Source of the DNA: Opitutales bacterium
Lineage (GTDB): Bacteria; Verrucomicrobiota; Verrucomicrobiia; Opitutales; JABSRG01
Assembly (NCBI GenBank): GCA_049599475.1
Contig: JBMYOQ010000038.1
Location: 1 to 37,654 of the forward strand
Direction: 5' to 3'
Length of the DNA stretch: 37,654 nucleotides
In this document: positions 17,124 to 26,785 of the stretch, one piece after another
Position numbering within the stretch: the stretch's first letter is position 1
Layout of the letters: each line of letters opens with the position of its first letter
Notes under the pieces: generated by a model
The model's input: the letters and a program-made list of their open reading frames with translations, nothing else
Database searches by the model: none
Told to the model about the DNA's origin: nothing
Position numbers and translations under genes: made by a program

Positions 17124-20100
17124 TTATGGTTGGGTGAACGAATCGCTGCTAACGATGTGTTCAATGACTGATTTAAATCTATATCCATCTTGGCGAACGA
17201 GGGCCACGATGCCGTCAATTTCGGCTTCGTCCGCGAAGGAGACATTGCGGCCCAATGCGTAAGCATACATGTGCTCTACCAGAGACTTCGCGAAGGAGTC
17301 TTGGCGCTGTTCAAGAATGTATTGCTTAATGCCCGATACACCTTCGACTTCGGTCCCGTCGGGAAGTTGTGATTTAGCATCGACGGGCTTACCTTTAAAC
17401 TCGGTTACAAACCGGCCGGAAGCGTCGAAGTTTTCAAATACGACTCCGTATGGATCAATCTTCAGGTGACAGTCGACACACGACGCTTTGTTGCGGTGTA
17501 GCTCGAGCTGTTCCTTGAGAGTGAGCTTCTCGAACCCGGGCGTATCTGGGTCCAGCTCTGGCACATTTGGTGGAGCCGGAGGTGGTGGCTCTCCGAGGAT
17601 TTTCTCCTTAAGCCAAACCGCACGCTTAATGGGGTGGCTCTGGATACCATCAGAATGCCCATTCAAGAAGGCACCTTGTGTGAGCAACCCACCTCGCAGC
17701 GAATTTCCGGGTAAGTCAACGCGCTGAAAATGCGAGCCTTCAACTCCATCGATTCCGTAAAATTCTGCGAGGTTCTGATTGAGCATGGTGAATTCTGAAT
17801 CAATCAGCTTCATAATGCTCATGTCCTCACGAAGTACCTCGTTGATAAAGTGGTAAGTCTCTTTGGCCAAGTCTTCCTTAACAAAGCGCGTAAAGTCAGG
17901 ATAGTCTTCAACATTTGTATCCATCTGCTCGAGACGATCGACGCGCAACCAGTCGCGGGCAAACGCTTGAACCATCTCATAGGTCTTTTCGTCCTCAACC
18001 ATACGATCGACCTGCTCATCAATATTTTCCAGGAGCTTGCCTGTTTCTGCAAGAGCGAGCAATTCTTCATCGGGCGGCGCATTCCAGAGGAAGTAAGAGA
18101 GACGCGACGCGAGGAGGTTTTGATCATAGCGTTCATTACCGTCGACAGACTCAGGATTTACCAAGTAGAGGAAATTCGGAGAACACAGCACCGCCACCAT
18201 GACTTCTTTCACACTTTCCTCGTAGATCTCATAATCAGGACGAACCGCGCGCCAGAAGCTCATGTATAATTCGAGCTCCTCCTGAGCAATATTTCTCCGG
18301 AAAGCCTTCTCGATAAAAGTTCCCAAGACTTCCGCAGTGTAAGCCTCTTCGTTTCCAATTTTTGGAGAATCAAAGAAAATTTCTGTATGACTCTTGGGTG
18401 GCCACTGTTCGTAATAGGGCGCTTCAATTTCCATTGAGTGAATCTTCAATGGTGGGCCCGAGGCGGAGCTCTTTTTCACGAGGAAGTCATTCCATAGTCC
18501 CAGGACCATTGTATTGGAAAGATCACCACTGAGGTTGCTTCCGGCATCTGGGACAGGCAAATTTTCGAAATTCCCGATAAACTCATATATTTTAGCCTGA
18601 CCATTCGGCGCATCGACAACACGGGAATCGCCGAAGGTCTCGTAGTCCATACCGTCATCAGTACGTGTTCCGGCGTAAGCCCGGATAGCGGGCATGGAAT
18701 CGGAATACAATTCCTCATTTACACGCGACTCCGCAAGAAGAGCTTCGTGCTCAGGAGTTCCCTCGATAATTGGCGTGAATGCCATTCTGCGGAAGCCCAC
18801 AAAGAATCGGCCGCCCACATTCATTTTATACTTTTTCTTCTTAAAATATACCAAGCTTACAGGCCGTATAATACTTTCCTGAGAGGCTAGCTCCTCAGGG
18901 ATATTCAGCCGCTCCTGTTTATTGAAACGACGACCAAAATTCAGGCGGAATGAAGGCATCGCATCGGCAGCCGCATATGGGTGCTCTAAGTCTATCTGGT
19001 AGAAACCTTCTTTCGGAATATTCAGCTCGTAGATCGCCGATGCATTCGCTGTGAGATCTTTGGGTAAAATCCAGCCGTCATCGTTGACCTGCATGTGCTT
19101 CTGGCTTGTGAAGTCCTTACCATGGACAACGATAGTGCCTTCATTAGGAATCGCGCGCTTGTCCTCACGAAGACTCACGAATCCTTCCTCGAACGAAGCC
19201 ATAAAGTCGCCTTTAGACGCTTCCACACGAAACGCAAATCGCTCCTTGCCGGGATAGACATCCTTGATAAGCATTTTAAGATTTGGTGAGGGCCCTTGCC
19301 AAGAACGGGGCGCCGCTTCCTTGTGAGGAAGAGCTGAATACAAATTCATGCCATCCTTGGTGATTGCGAACCGATCGCGAGCAGATCCACGCAGATCAGC
19401 GCCAATCATCTTCTGGATGCCCTCCACCTCTGGCCCAGACATTGGCTGCCCGAATTCGTCGAGAACACTTACAGTGAAATCATCCGTTTCTACAGAGACC
19501 GATTGGAAGCCACCAAATTTGCCCGCAATTTTATTCCGGCCGCTGTTATCCGCGAAATCGACTCGGTAGCGTTTCACTTCGGGGCGGTCCCCCGTTACGA
19601 TCGCTTTATCCAAAGCAGAGCGCGCGATATCTTTATAGTATTCGATGTGTAGTGCGGATGTTTGCAGGGTATCCGCGGCATTCGTGAAACCCATCTCAGA
19701 TTTGCCGTCCTCAGGAAGGACGTCTCCGAAATCGATCGAAAGATTCAATAATTCGTTCAAAGAATTCGTGTACTGCGCACGTGTCAGGCGACGCATGGTA
19801 TTGCGAGGCTCACCGCGCTTGGCGATGGCTGCAACTTCAAGATTTTCTGTGATCCAATTGACCAGCGTCCGGCGTTCTTCGTCGGTAGGCTGCGCCTTAC
19901 CCTCTGGTGGCATTTCACCTGCATTGATTTGATCAAGCGCAGTATGCCAGCCTTCGGCGTCTACGCCGTTCACGATATCCCAATCCAGCTCATCCAATCG
20001 GATATTGCCATTCTGCTTGTCTGGGCCGTGACAATCGTAGCAGTACTGCGACATCACTGGCTGAATGTGGTTGGCAAAGAAAACAAGATCTTCATCCACC

Positions 20101-20699
20101 GCCTCTCCCGAAGCTTCTTGTTCGGCCAGCAATGCCTCGGCGCCTTCGAGCTTTTCCTCAATTCCGAGAATGCCCTTCAGTTCCGGCGGCATATACTTGG
20201 TAAGGTAATCCGAACCATGCGTGAGTGAACCCCCATAATGACCGGCCAAGGTGAGCAGAATCACATTAATAAAGAGGAACGGACGATAAAGCCATATCAA
20301 CGCGGGTTTCCCGCGCGCCGCGTATCGAAAAACAAGCAGCCAGACACAAAGAATTGCAGTTCCCCACCCGAGCCAGCTGTGACGACTCAAGAGCTCTTCA
20401 TTATACCCTCCTCCCGAGGCCAGAAGATAGCCAAAAACTACCGTCGGGATGGCACTCAACGCGCAAATCCAAATTAGAATTTCGCAGGCGCGGTCGAGCT
20501 TTGACTGAGGCTGCACCCAGCGAATGAACTCCATTACGAATAGAGCTAGGAGGGCTCCGATCGGAACATGCAGAATCAACGGATGCATCCGCCCGATAAA
20601 CTTGGACCAAGCTCCTCCCTCAGCGGTCTGCGCAGGCAGGTAGAGCATGCAAAGGAGAATTGCTGAAAAGACGACAGAAGCGGCTACGATTCGTTTCAT
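17124..20699 (-). CDS. Planctomycete-type cytochrome c protein (membrane N-domain + PSCyt1 + DUF1587/1595/1592/1588/1585)
   Basis: GRMHPLILHVPIG membrane domain. Haem-c motifs CYDCH and CVDCH. Also RRLTRAQY.N, LCSPNFLY, LASRLSYFLW..PPD, RGGLLTQ, HPIKRAVW, YALGR. Confidence 0.9.
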   Translation of the reverse strand: MKRIVAASVVFSAILLCMLYLPAQTAEGGAWSKFIGRMHPLILHVPIGALLALFVMEFIRWVQPQSKLDRACEILIWICALSAIPTVVFGYLLASGGGYNEELLSRHSWLGWGTAILCVWLLVFRYAARGKPALIWLYRPFLFINVILLTLAGHYGGSLTHGSDYLTKYMPPELKGILGIEEKLEGAEALLAEQEASGEAVDEDLVFFANHIQPVMSQYCYDCHGPDKQNGNIRLDELDWDIVNGVDAEGWHTALDQINAGEMPPEGKAQPTDEERRTLVNWITENLEVAAIAKRGEPRNTMRRLTRAQYTNSLNELLNLSIDFGDVLPEDGKSEMGFTNAADTLQTSALHIEYYKDIARSALDKAIVTGDRPEVKRYRVDFADNSGRNKIAGKFGGFQSVSVETDDFTVSVLDEFGQPMSGPEVEGIQKMIGADLRGSARDRFAITKDGMNLYSALPHKEAAPRSWQGPSPNLKMLIKDVYPGKERFAFRVEASKGDFMASFEEGFVSLREDKRAIPNEGTIVVHGKDFTSQKHMQVNDDGWILPKDLTANASAIYELNIPKEGFYQIDLEHPYAAADAMPSFRLNFGRRFNKQERLNIPEELASQESIIRPVSLVYFKKKKYKMNVGGRFFVGFRRMAFTPIIEGTPEHEALLAESRVNEELYSDSMPAIRAYAGTRTDDGMDYETFGDSRVVDAPNGQAKIYEFIGNFENLPVPDAGSNLSGDLSNTMVLGLWNDFLVKKSSASGPPLKIHSMEIEAPYYEQWPPKSHTEIFFDSPKIGNEEAYTAEVLGTFIEKAFRRNIAQEELELYMSFWRAVRPDYEIYEESVKEVMVAVLCSPNFLYLVNPESVDGNERYDQNLLASRLSYFLWNAPPDEELLALAETGKLLENIDEQVDRMVEDEKTYEMVQAFARDWLRVDRLEQMDTNVEDYPDFTRFVKEDLAKETYHFINEVLREDMSIMKLIDSEFTMLNQNLAEFYGIDGVEGSHFQRVDLPGNSLRGGLLTQGAFLNGHSDGIQSHPIKRAVWLKEKILGEPPPPAPPNVPELDPDTPGFEKLTLKEQLELHRNKASCVDCHLKIDPYGVVFENFDASGRFVTEFKGKPVDAKSQLPDGTEVEGVSGIKQYILEQRQDSFAKSLVEHMYAYALGRNVSFADEAEIDGIVALVRQDGYRFKSVIEHIVSSDSFTQP

Positions 20700-21090
20700 C
20701 AGAGACGTTACGGGATAAGGTGTGGGGGCTATTAAAGTGGTGTTTCTTCTCAGACGAACTTATCGGATCGATTAAAGTTTCGAATTTGAAGTTAGTGGGG
20801 AATAGCTAAAGTCGCCCAGTTTGAGACAGATTTTGGACAAATTATGACGATTTTTTGAAAATCCGCGCCCAAAAGCACCCTAACGCATCAAAACGTTAAA
20901 AAATCATCATAAAAGCCCAGATGACTAACACTAAACAGGCTCAAGGCGCCAAAATGCCCATTTTCAGAGGAAGACCGAATCTGAGTCACCTTGTCCAAAT
21001 GGAGCAAGGACCCAGTATTAAAAGCTTACATATCGACTAACCCAGACACACAAAAAGCACCTATATGATCTTAGGTTCTCGAAAGAAAAA

Positions 21091-21165
<75 letters not shown>

Positions 21166-21281
21166 GGTCAAAGCGATCAAGAATGACACCCTGGATGCGC
21201 GGGTCAAGCGAGAATTTCTATATCAAGCGCACGAATCTCCAGTTGCTAGTTTCTAAAATTGCATGCTTAATCACGCAGCAA

Positions 21282-22442
21282 ATGGGATTATTGTGGAGAC
21301 CTCTTACTTTAACCAGTGCACTAGCAGTCATGGCTGTGCTGACCGGCTGCGACTCTCCCCCAAGCACATATGAAGTCATAAAGGCCAAAGAATTGAAATC
21401 GGGTGCCAGCAACCACGATGCTCATTTAGCGGCCCTCGCTCCATATAGAGAGGAAATTCTACAGAAGCTCCCCGCAGAGAAGTATGCCACAAACGATCTA
21501 ATCATTCCCCCAGCACAGGCTTTTCGAGTACCCGAATGGACTGAGTGGGCAGATTTGAAGATAAAGATTCACCTTCCAAGGACTCAGGAGATGTTCGGCC
21601 CTTGGATAGTAGCCCAGGTGTCGGGCTACTTTGAGATGGCAGGTCTTCGCGTAAAGATCATTCCATCCGAGCCCAGTGAGGATTATTATGCGACCCTGCA
21701 ACATGAGATTGTAGATGCATTCATCGAACCCACAGGCACGCGCCTTATTCAAGCGGTAGCCAACGGTATGGATATGACTGCAGTCCAAAGCCTCTATCAA
21801 AAAAATCCGAATGTTATAACCACTATCGATACAGCAACACCTACCGATCAAATTTCCAACGCAACCTTCACTCCAGAGATTTTTTCTCAGCAGATAGTTG
21901 GGATCGATAGCAACCACACATATTTTGCCGGAGTCACTCGAGACCGCTGGGGCGTTGAACCACTAAATGTACGGTATGTTGGATTCAGAGTCCCAAACCC
22001 TTTCTTTATTTTCGAAAATCGGGTCATATTCTGCGAAACCGAAATAGGGGCTACATCTGCATTCTTCGAAATACGAAAGGTCCGTAACTGGGTTCATATT
22101 CCAGTAGACGATTACCTTTCACCACAGGCCAACTGGCTCACTGTAGTCAATAATTCCCTTCTAAACGAAAACCCTGACGTCATAAAACGCTACAACTGGG
22201 CACTCTTCAGGGCGATCTTGGACTTTTTTGAAAGACCGGATGAGATCAAACTTACGATACGAGACGCGATCGAACAGAAACGACACCCAAGCTATATCAA
22301 ACTAGCCTGGGAGGCGCGAATCCCCTACATCAAAGGAGATGGCCAAAAGCCCTTGCTCAGTATCAACAAGGACGCCTTGAACTGGAATGCCGCTACTTTA
22401 CTACAGCAGGGGTTACTGGAAGTTAACGAAACCAATGAATAG
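21282..22442 (+). CDS. Lipoprotein, NMT1/THI5-like ABC substrate-binding protein (divergent)
   Basis: Lipobox LTGC. Segments WIVAQVSGYFEMAGLRVKI, AVQSLYQKNP and ENPDVIKRY resemble SsuA/THI5-type binding proteins. Confidence 0.65.
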   Translation: MGLLWRPLTLTSALAVMAVLTGCDSPPSTYEVIKAKELKSGASNHDAHLAALAPYREEILQKLPAEKYATNDLIIPPAQAFRVPEWTEWADLKIKIHLPRTQEMFGPWIVAQVSGYFEMAGLRVKIIPSEPSEDYYATLQHEIVDAFIEPTGTRLIQAVANGMDMTAVQSLYQKNPNVITTIDTATPTDQISNATFTPEIFSQQIVGIDSNHTYFAGVTRDRWGVEPLNVRYVGFRVPNPFFIFENRVIFCETEIGATSAFFEIRKVRNWVHIPVDDYLSPQANWLTVVNNSLLNENPDVIKRYNWALFRAILDFFERPDEIKLTIRDAIEQKRHPSYIKLAWEARIPYIKGDGQKPLLSINKDALNWNAATLLQQGLLEVNETNE

Positions 22443-22514
22443 AGGACGCTCGTTCTTGTTACTCCAAACCTACTAAAATTAAAGTAAAGCATCCCTTCGC
22501 CAGTATTTTATAAG

Positions 22515-22542
22515 TTGAAACGTTACGAGTTGCCCATAAGGT
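22515..22542 (+). promoter_or_regulatory. Sigma70-like promoter for the 6S RNA candidate
   Basis: TTGAAA(22515-22520), 16 bp, TAAGGT(22537-22542), 7 nt upstream of the RNA's closing stem. Confidence 0.5.
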
Positions 22543-22548
22543 CACCAT

Positions 22549-22720
22549 TCCCCTGCAGCGTACGTGACCTATCGTGTTCTTTCCTTATGCTTCTTAATAT
22601 CGGGGATCAGCCCCTCCCTGTGGAAGTCACGCCGTAAACCGGAAGACCGAACTAGGGAGGAAGATTCCCACCTGAAAATTCCAGGTCAAAGAACACACCC
22701 TATACGGCGCATGCGGGGCC
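22549..22720 (+). ncRNA. ssrS: 6S RNA (probable)
   Basis: ~170-nt rod. 5' CCCCTGCAGCGTACGT pairs with 3' TACGGCGCATGCGGGG, GTGTTCTTT pairs with AAAGAACAC, there is a large central bubble and an inner CTCCCT/AGGGAG stem, and a T-tract follows. The ends resemble typical 6S termini. Confidence 0.8.
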
Positions 22721-22765
22721 CTTTCTTTTTTGTAGGTGAGTACGGATGAAACACAGATCCGGCCT

Positions 22766-23758
22766 CTAAACTCCCCAACTCGCCAAAACCGAATCGATTT
22801 CTGGAGCTAGCTTGAGCTTCGCCAACCACGCCGACGGCAAATCCTCTGCGCCCAATCGAGCACCCACCCAACTTCCTATCATCGCAGCGCGGCCGGCGCT
22901 GTCACCACCCGCGCGCACTGTTTCTAAAATCGCGTCCTCAAAATCTTCGTTATGCTTCGCAGTCGCATGGACCGCCGAGGGGAAACTGCATATTAGCGGG
23001 CAACTCTGACCAAGCTCATCAGTCGCCGCCACTACCGACTTATGCTTCAAGCTAAAGGCATCCTTCAACTTCCGGCGCACTTCACGATCCAATTTGACAT
23101 CGGTTTCCAACTGTTCTTCGACATGATGAAATGCGCTATGAATATCCCTTCCGCTCAGCAACTCCAAGAGCAGTCTCGCGTGAGCCTGACAGTATGCGAC
23201 GGCACGATCGTTATTCTGACGTACCCGAGTCAGGCGCGCCACATCTTCAAGAATTGCATCCCGGTCCTCAGGGACCTCTCCTAGCTTAACCACCGCAAAA
23301 GCAATGAAGCCGGCCAGGGCAGATATCGTCGCGAGCTGATCATCATCGGCACCTTCCTGAAAGGCATAGGGCTCATCAGAGACTTCGATGTGATTCAAAT
23401 AGTTCTCTAAAGTGCCTCGGGTCGCCGCATCAAAATAGCCTGTATATCCATGCTTCGGATTCATCTTTTTTGCGAATGACTCCCCAAACGCCGCGACGTC
23501 TAAATGCTCCGCCTCCTTCAGCGACTCCAAGAGCACCCAGGCCGCATCGCCGTAGTGCGTCTGTTCCCCCGACTCTTTTCCTGCGTGATAATGGCCATCA
23601 GCCGGCAGCTCGAATCCGCTAATTCCAGACGGATACGCCTTTTCGATATCCTTAGTATTATAAATCCAATGGGCACCGAGGGAAGCAGCATCCCCAAGGA
23701 ATTGTCCTAATACCATGCCGCGTAGGCGATTCTTGAGCCGAGTATCCATAGTTTCCAA
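22766..23758 (-). CDS. ADP-ribosylglycohydrolase (DraG/ARH) family protein
   Basis: RGMVLGQFLGDAASLG, GEQTHYGD, AILETVRAGGDSAGRAAMIGSWVGA..G...LPSAW. Confidence 0.85.
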   Translation of the reverse strand: METMDTRLKNRLRGMVLGQFLGDAASLGAHWIYNTKDIEKAYPSGISGFELPADGHYHAGKESGEQTHYGDAAWVLLESLKEAEHLDVAAFGESFAKKMNPKHGYTGYFDAATRGTLENYLNHIEVSDEPYAFQEGADDDQLATISALAGFIAFAVVKLGEVPEDRDAILEDVARLTRVRQNNDRAVAYCQAHARLLLELLSGRDIHSAFHHVEEQLETDVKLDREVRRKLKDAFSLKHKSVVAATDELGQSCPLICSFPSAVHATAKHNEDFEDAILETVRAGGDSAGRAAMIGSWVGARLGAEDLPSAWLAKLKLAPEIDSVLASWGV

Positions 23759-23795
23759 AAGTTGATTACTTATTATAGATCCGCAAATGCAGGTA

Positions 23796-24215
23796 TCATT
23801 CCCCCATCACTGTAACGAGCAAACTCCGACGGTGCGGTGATGTGCGATGCTCCCAGAGAAAAACGCCCTGCCACGTCCCCAGCGCCATGCGCCCATGCAT
23901 CACCGGCACCTGTTGATTTGTCTGCGTAAGCACCATCTTGATGTGACTCGGCATATCATCAGGCCCCTCATAGGTATGCGTGAAATGTGGATCATTGGGC
24001 GGCACGAGCCGATCAAAGTATCCCTCTAGGTCGACTCGTGCGGACGGATCCGCATTTTCCATAATAATCAAACTCGCACTGGTGTGTTTGCAAAACACCG
24101 AAAGCATCCCGGCCTGAATACCACTCGCTCGCAGAATCTGATCCAGCTGATCAGTGATCTCCAGGGTCCCAGCCCCACGCGTCCGAATATCAAAAGTGTC
24201 TTGGTATACCGCCAT
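23796..24215 (-). CDS. yjbQ: YjbQ/UPF0047 secondary thiamine-phosphate synthase family
   Basis: HTSASL...ENADP..R.D, HTYEGPDDMPSHIK, LGTWQGVFLWEHR. Confidence 0.93.
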   Translation of the reverse strand: MAVYQDTFDIRTRGAGTLEITDQLDQILRASGIQAGMLSVFCKHTSASLIIMENADPSARVDLEGYFDRLVPPNDPHFTHTYEGPDDMPSHIKMVLTQTNQQVPVMHGRMALGTWQGVFLWEHRTSPHRRSLLVTVMGE

Positions 24216-24267
24216 CTCCGACTTGCTACCGAAAGTCCAACAAAGCTCAAATTACAAATTTGCGATT

Positions 24268-25515
24268 CTACTTCTGGTACAGCCAATAACGCTTCGATTC
24301 CTGCTGAAACTGAATCGCCTCCTCGCGCCATGCGTTCAAAAACGTACCCACGCGCGCCCGAGAGCCACGAGTCGAGATCTCATCCCACCAGGCCTGTGAA
24401 CCCGTGTGTTTATTAAAGAGCCCCGCTTCTTTATCATCAATCCCCGTAAAAGCTCTCGGAGCCCAAGCCGCCGTGATCTGCATCATATGAAAACTGATCT
24501 CGAGCGGATCTAAGCTCTGAAAGTCATCCACCCGGACATACACGCCTTCAATGGTCGCCCCTTTCTTCGTCTTCGCTTGGATTATAGGAAAGGACAACCC
24601 AGGGATCCGCTTGGCAACCAGTGCCGATTGCACATCTTTCGCACTCTTACCCTTATAGCGTAAAAGGCGAAACGGGTATGGCGTTCCAATGCCGTGCGAG
24701 AACCCACCGACCTGGGCCCCCAGGCCCACCATCGAATAGCCAAGCACGGCCGAGACATCCGGAATATTTGGAGATGTCGGGGCAAATTTTAGACCGGTAT
24801 CAGGCCACAGCATTCTTCGCCTCCAGCCCTCCATCGGAATCACGGTCAATTTGCCCGCCGTCCGGTGTCGCTCATCGACCTTAAACCATCCAGGCTTGTC
24901 CTTCGCCATCAATGCCAGTTCGCCGATCGTAAGACCGTGCACATAAGGCACCTGAAACGCCCCCACGTAGCTCTCCCACTCTGCATCCAATCCTGGTCCG
25001 GCGACCTTTAAGCCACCCAGAGGATTGGGCCGATCCAAAATCATCACTTCTACCCCGTGCTTGAAACAGGCGTCCACCGTCCAACGCATGCAGCTGATAA
25101 AGGTATAGGAGCGCACCCCAATATCTTGTAGGTCGATGACCATGACATCGATTCGGTCGAGCATTTCCTTAGACGGACTGCGATATTTTCCGTAGAGGGA
25201 AAACACCGGAAGCCCGGTTCGGGGGTCAATATCATCTTCCACCGACTCACTCGCTTCAATGATTCCGTAAAACCCATGCTCTGGGCCAAACAAAGCGACC
25301 AGATTCACCCGAGGCGATCGGCGCAAAACATCGACCGACGAAACTCCCCGACGATTCAACCCCGCCTGATGTGTGAGCAAACCTACCCGCTTGCCTTCAA
25401 GTCCCGCAAAACCTCTACGCTCTAAGACGTCGATTCCCAACATCAAAGGCTGAGCAACAGACACATTTACAATGAAGCCCAGACACAGGGCATAAAAAAA
25501 CAGGCAAAGTCTCAT
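24268..25515 (-). CDS. namZ: Exo-beta-N-acetylmuramidase NamZ (DUF1343)
   Basis: [57 protein letters not shown]. Signal peptide from ATG 25515. Confidence 0.9.
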   Translation of the reverse strand: MRLCLFFYALCLGFIVNVSVAQPLMLGIDVLERRGFAGLEGKRVGLLTHQAGLNRRGVSSVDVLRRSPRVNLVALFGPEHGFYGIIEASESVEDDIDPRTGLPVFSLYGKYRSPSKEMLDRIDVMVIDLQDIGVRSYTFISCMRWTVDACFKHGVEVMILDRPNPLGGLKVAGPGLDAEWESYVGAFQVPYVHGLTIGELALMAKDKPGWFKVDERHRTAGKLTVIPMEGWRRRMLWPDTGLKFAPTSPNIPDVSAVLGYSMVGLGAQVGGFSHGIGTPYPFRLLRYKGKSAKDVQSALVAKRIPGLSFPIIQAKTKKGATIEGVYVRVDDFQSLDPLEISFHMMQITAAWAPRAFTGIDDKEAGLFNKHTGSQAWWDEISTRGSRARVGTFLNAWREEAIQFQQESKRYWLYQK

Positions 25516-25530
25516 GCGCAAGGTGCCCAA

Positions 25531-25689
25531 TTAGCTATCCACAGAATCGGATTCGGACTCCGGTTCAACAGAACCAAACCAGCCATCTCCCTCGATTTTA
25601 ACGCCATTCTCATAACGCGTGCCTCCACACCCCGAAAACAGTGAAAGTAGAATTCCTAAAACCAGCGTAATACTCATGACACGTTTCAT
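25531..25689 (-). CDS. Small lipoprotein (52 aa, absent from the ORF track)
   Basis: Hand translation MKRVMSITLVLGILLSLFSGC-GGTRYENGVKIEGDGWFGSVEPESESDSVDS*: basic N-terminus, hydrophobic core, FSGC lipobox. The stop lies 15 bp before the namZ start. Confidence 0.75.
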   Translation of the reverse strand: MKRVMSITLVLGILLSLFSGCGGTRYENGVKIEGDGWFGSVEPESESDSVDS

Positions 25690-25831
25690 GCTCGAAGCAT
25701 CACGGTATCACACAATCTTTTCCAGCTTATTCCCTCTGCTAACAACAGAGATCCAATTCAAAAATAAGGCGATCAATCGCAACAATACGAATAGCTAATG
25801 CTATTTACTCAAGTATCTCAACGAATTCCCC

Positions 25832-26518
25832 ATGATCCTACTAATCGACATGACACATCTTGATTTTTCGGAGAACCAACCGGAAAATTGGCAGTCCGTC
25901 GCCCATCGGCGTCTACGCACCAAATATCGCTTCGAGGAACTCTCTGGAGAGCCTTGCCACGTCTTACGCTACACTCAATTCCCAGCCTGGCTGAGTGGGC
26001 GGTATCCAATACAAGGAGTGAACCGACTCGTATTCTCCGGATTTAACACTGAATTCGACCAGTATCCGTCTGATATCCTTGAAGCCATCAAGGGTTGGAT
26101 GCTCTCGCCACGCCTCCCTACGTTCACAATCTGTGGTAGCTTCCAACTGATGGCTCATGCACACGGTGCTGAAATTGCACCCATCGGAAAACAAGCCCCA
26201 GGCGCCACAGAACATGATGACCCGATAGTGCCGCAGGGCATGACTGCTGAGCTCGGCTTTCAAGAAGTCCAAGATCATCACCCTTCAAAACTCTTCGATC
26301 GCGAGATCCCACAATTTACCGTATTCCAACACCACTATTGGGAAGTGAAAAACATCCCAGACGGTTTCCGCCACACCGCAAGTTCACCAACATGCCATAT
26401 CCAAGCACTGGAACACAACACCCTCCCCCTTGCCGGAGTCCAATTCCACCCAGAGGATTACGACGACACGCACCCTGATGGAAAAACCCTTCTACTCAAC
26501 GTATTTAAGAAACGGTGA
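25832..26518 (+). CDS. Class I glutamine amidotransferase-like protein
   Basis: Nucleophile elbow TICGSFQLMA, QHHYWEV, GVQFHPE. Confidence 0.85.
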   Translation: MILLIDMTHLDFSENQPENWQSVAHRRLRTKYRFEELSGEPCHVLRYTQFPAWLSGRYPIQGVNRLVFSGFNTEFDQYPSDILEAIKGWMLSPRLPTFTICGSFQLMAHAHGAEIAPIGKQAPGATEHDDPIVPQGMTAELGFQEVQDHHPSKLFDREIPQFTVFQHHYWEVKNIPDGFRHTASSPTCHIQALEHNTLPLAGVQFHPEDYDDTHPDGKTLLLNVFKKR

Positions 26519-26604
26519 CATGAATATTTTCCGCAAATATCAATTCTTCGATTGACAGAATTTTTCATTCACCTATCAAGACAGACGATCTAACCAAAAG
26601 AATT

Positions 26605-26724
26605 ATGAACTGCTCAATCACAACCCGACTTATTATGCCAGAATATAAGAATACACACACAGTACTCTCAGGCGGCATCAACAACCGGGCAGTTCAAGGA
26701 CGCAACAACTTTGAACTAGAATAA
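26605..26724 (+). CDS. Putative 39-aa leader peptide of an attenuator
   Basis: MNCSITTRLIMPEYKNTHTVLSGGINNRAVQGRNNFELE*. Lies downstream of TTGACA(26552-26557) and ends 24 nt before a terminator hairpin. Confidence 0.55.
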   Translation: MNCSITTRLIMPEYKNTHTVLSGGINNRAVQGRNNFELE

Positions 26725-26748
26725 AGACTACAACAGTCTAAATTTTCC

Positions 26749-26785
26749 AAGCCCGGTAGCACAACGCTTCCGGGCTTTTTGTTTT
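26749..26785 (+). terminator. Intrinsic terminator / attenuator in the slipin leader
   Basis: AAGCCCGG-t-AGC acaac GCT-t-CCGGGCTT followed by TTTGTTTT. Confidence 0.75.

Noticed and set aside
22564..22871. Two 61-aa ORFs
   Set aside because: They overlap the 6S-like RNA and the end of the ARH gene and have no protein-like features.
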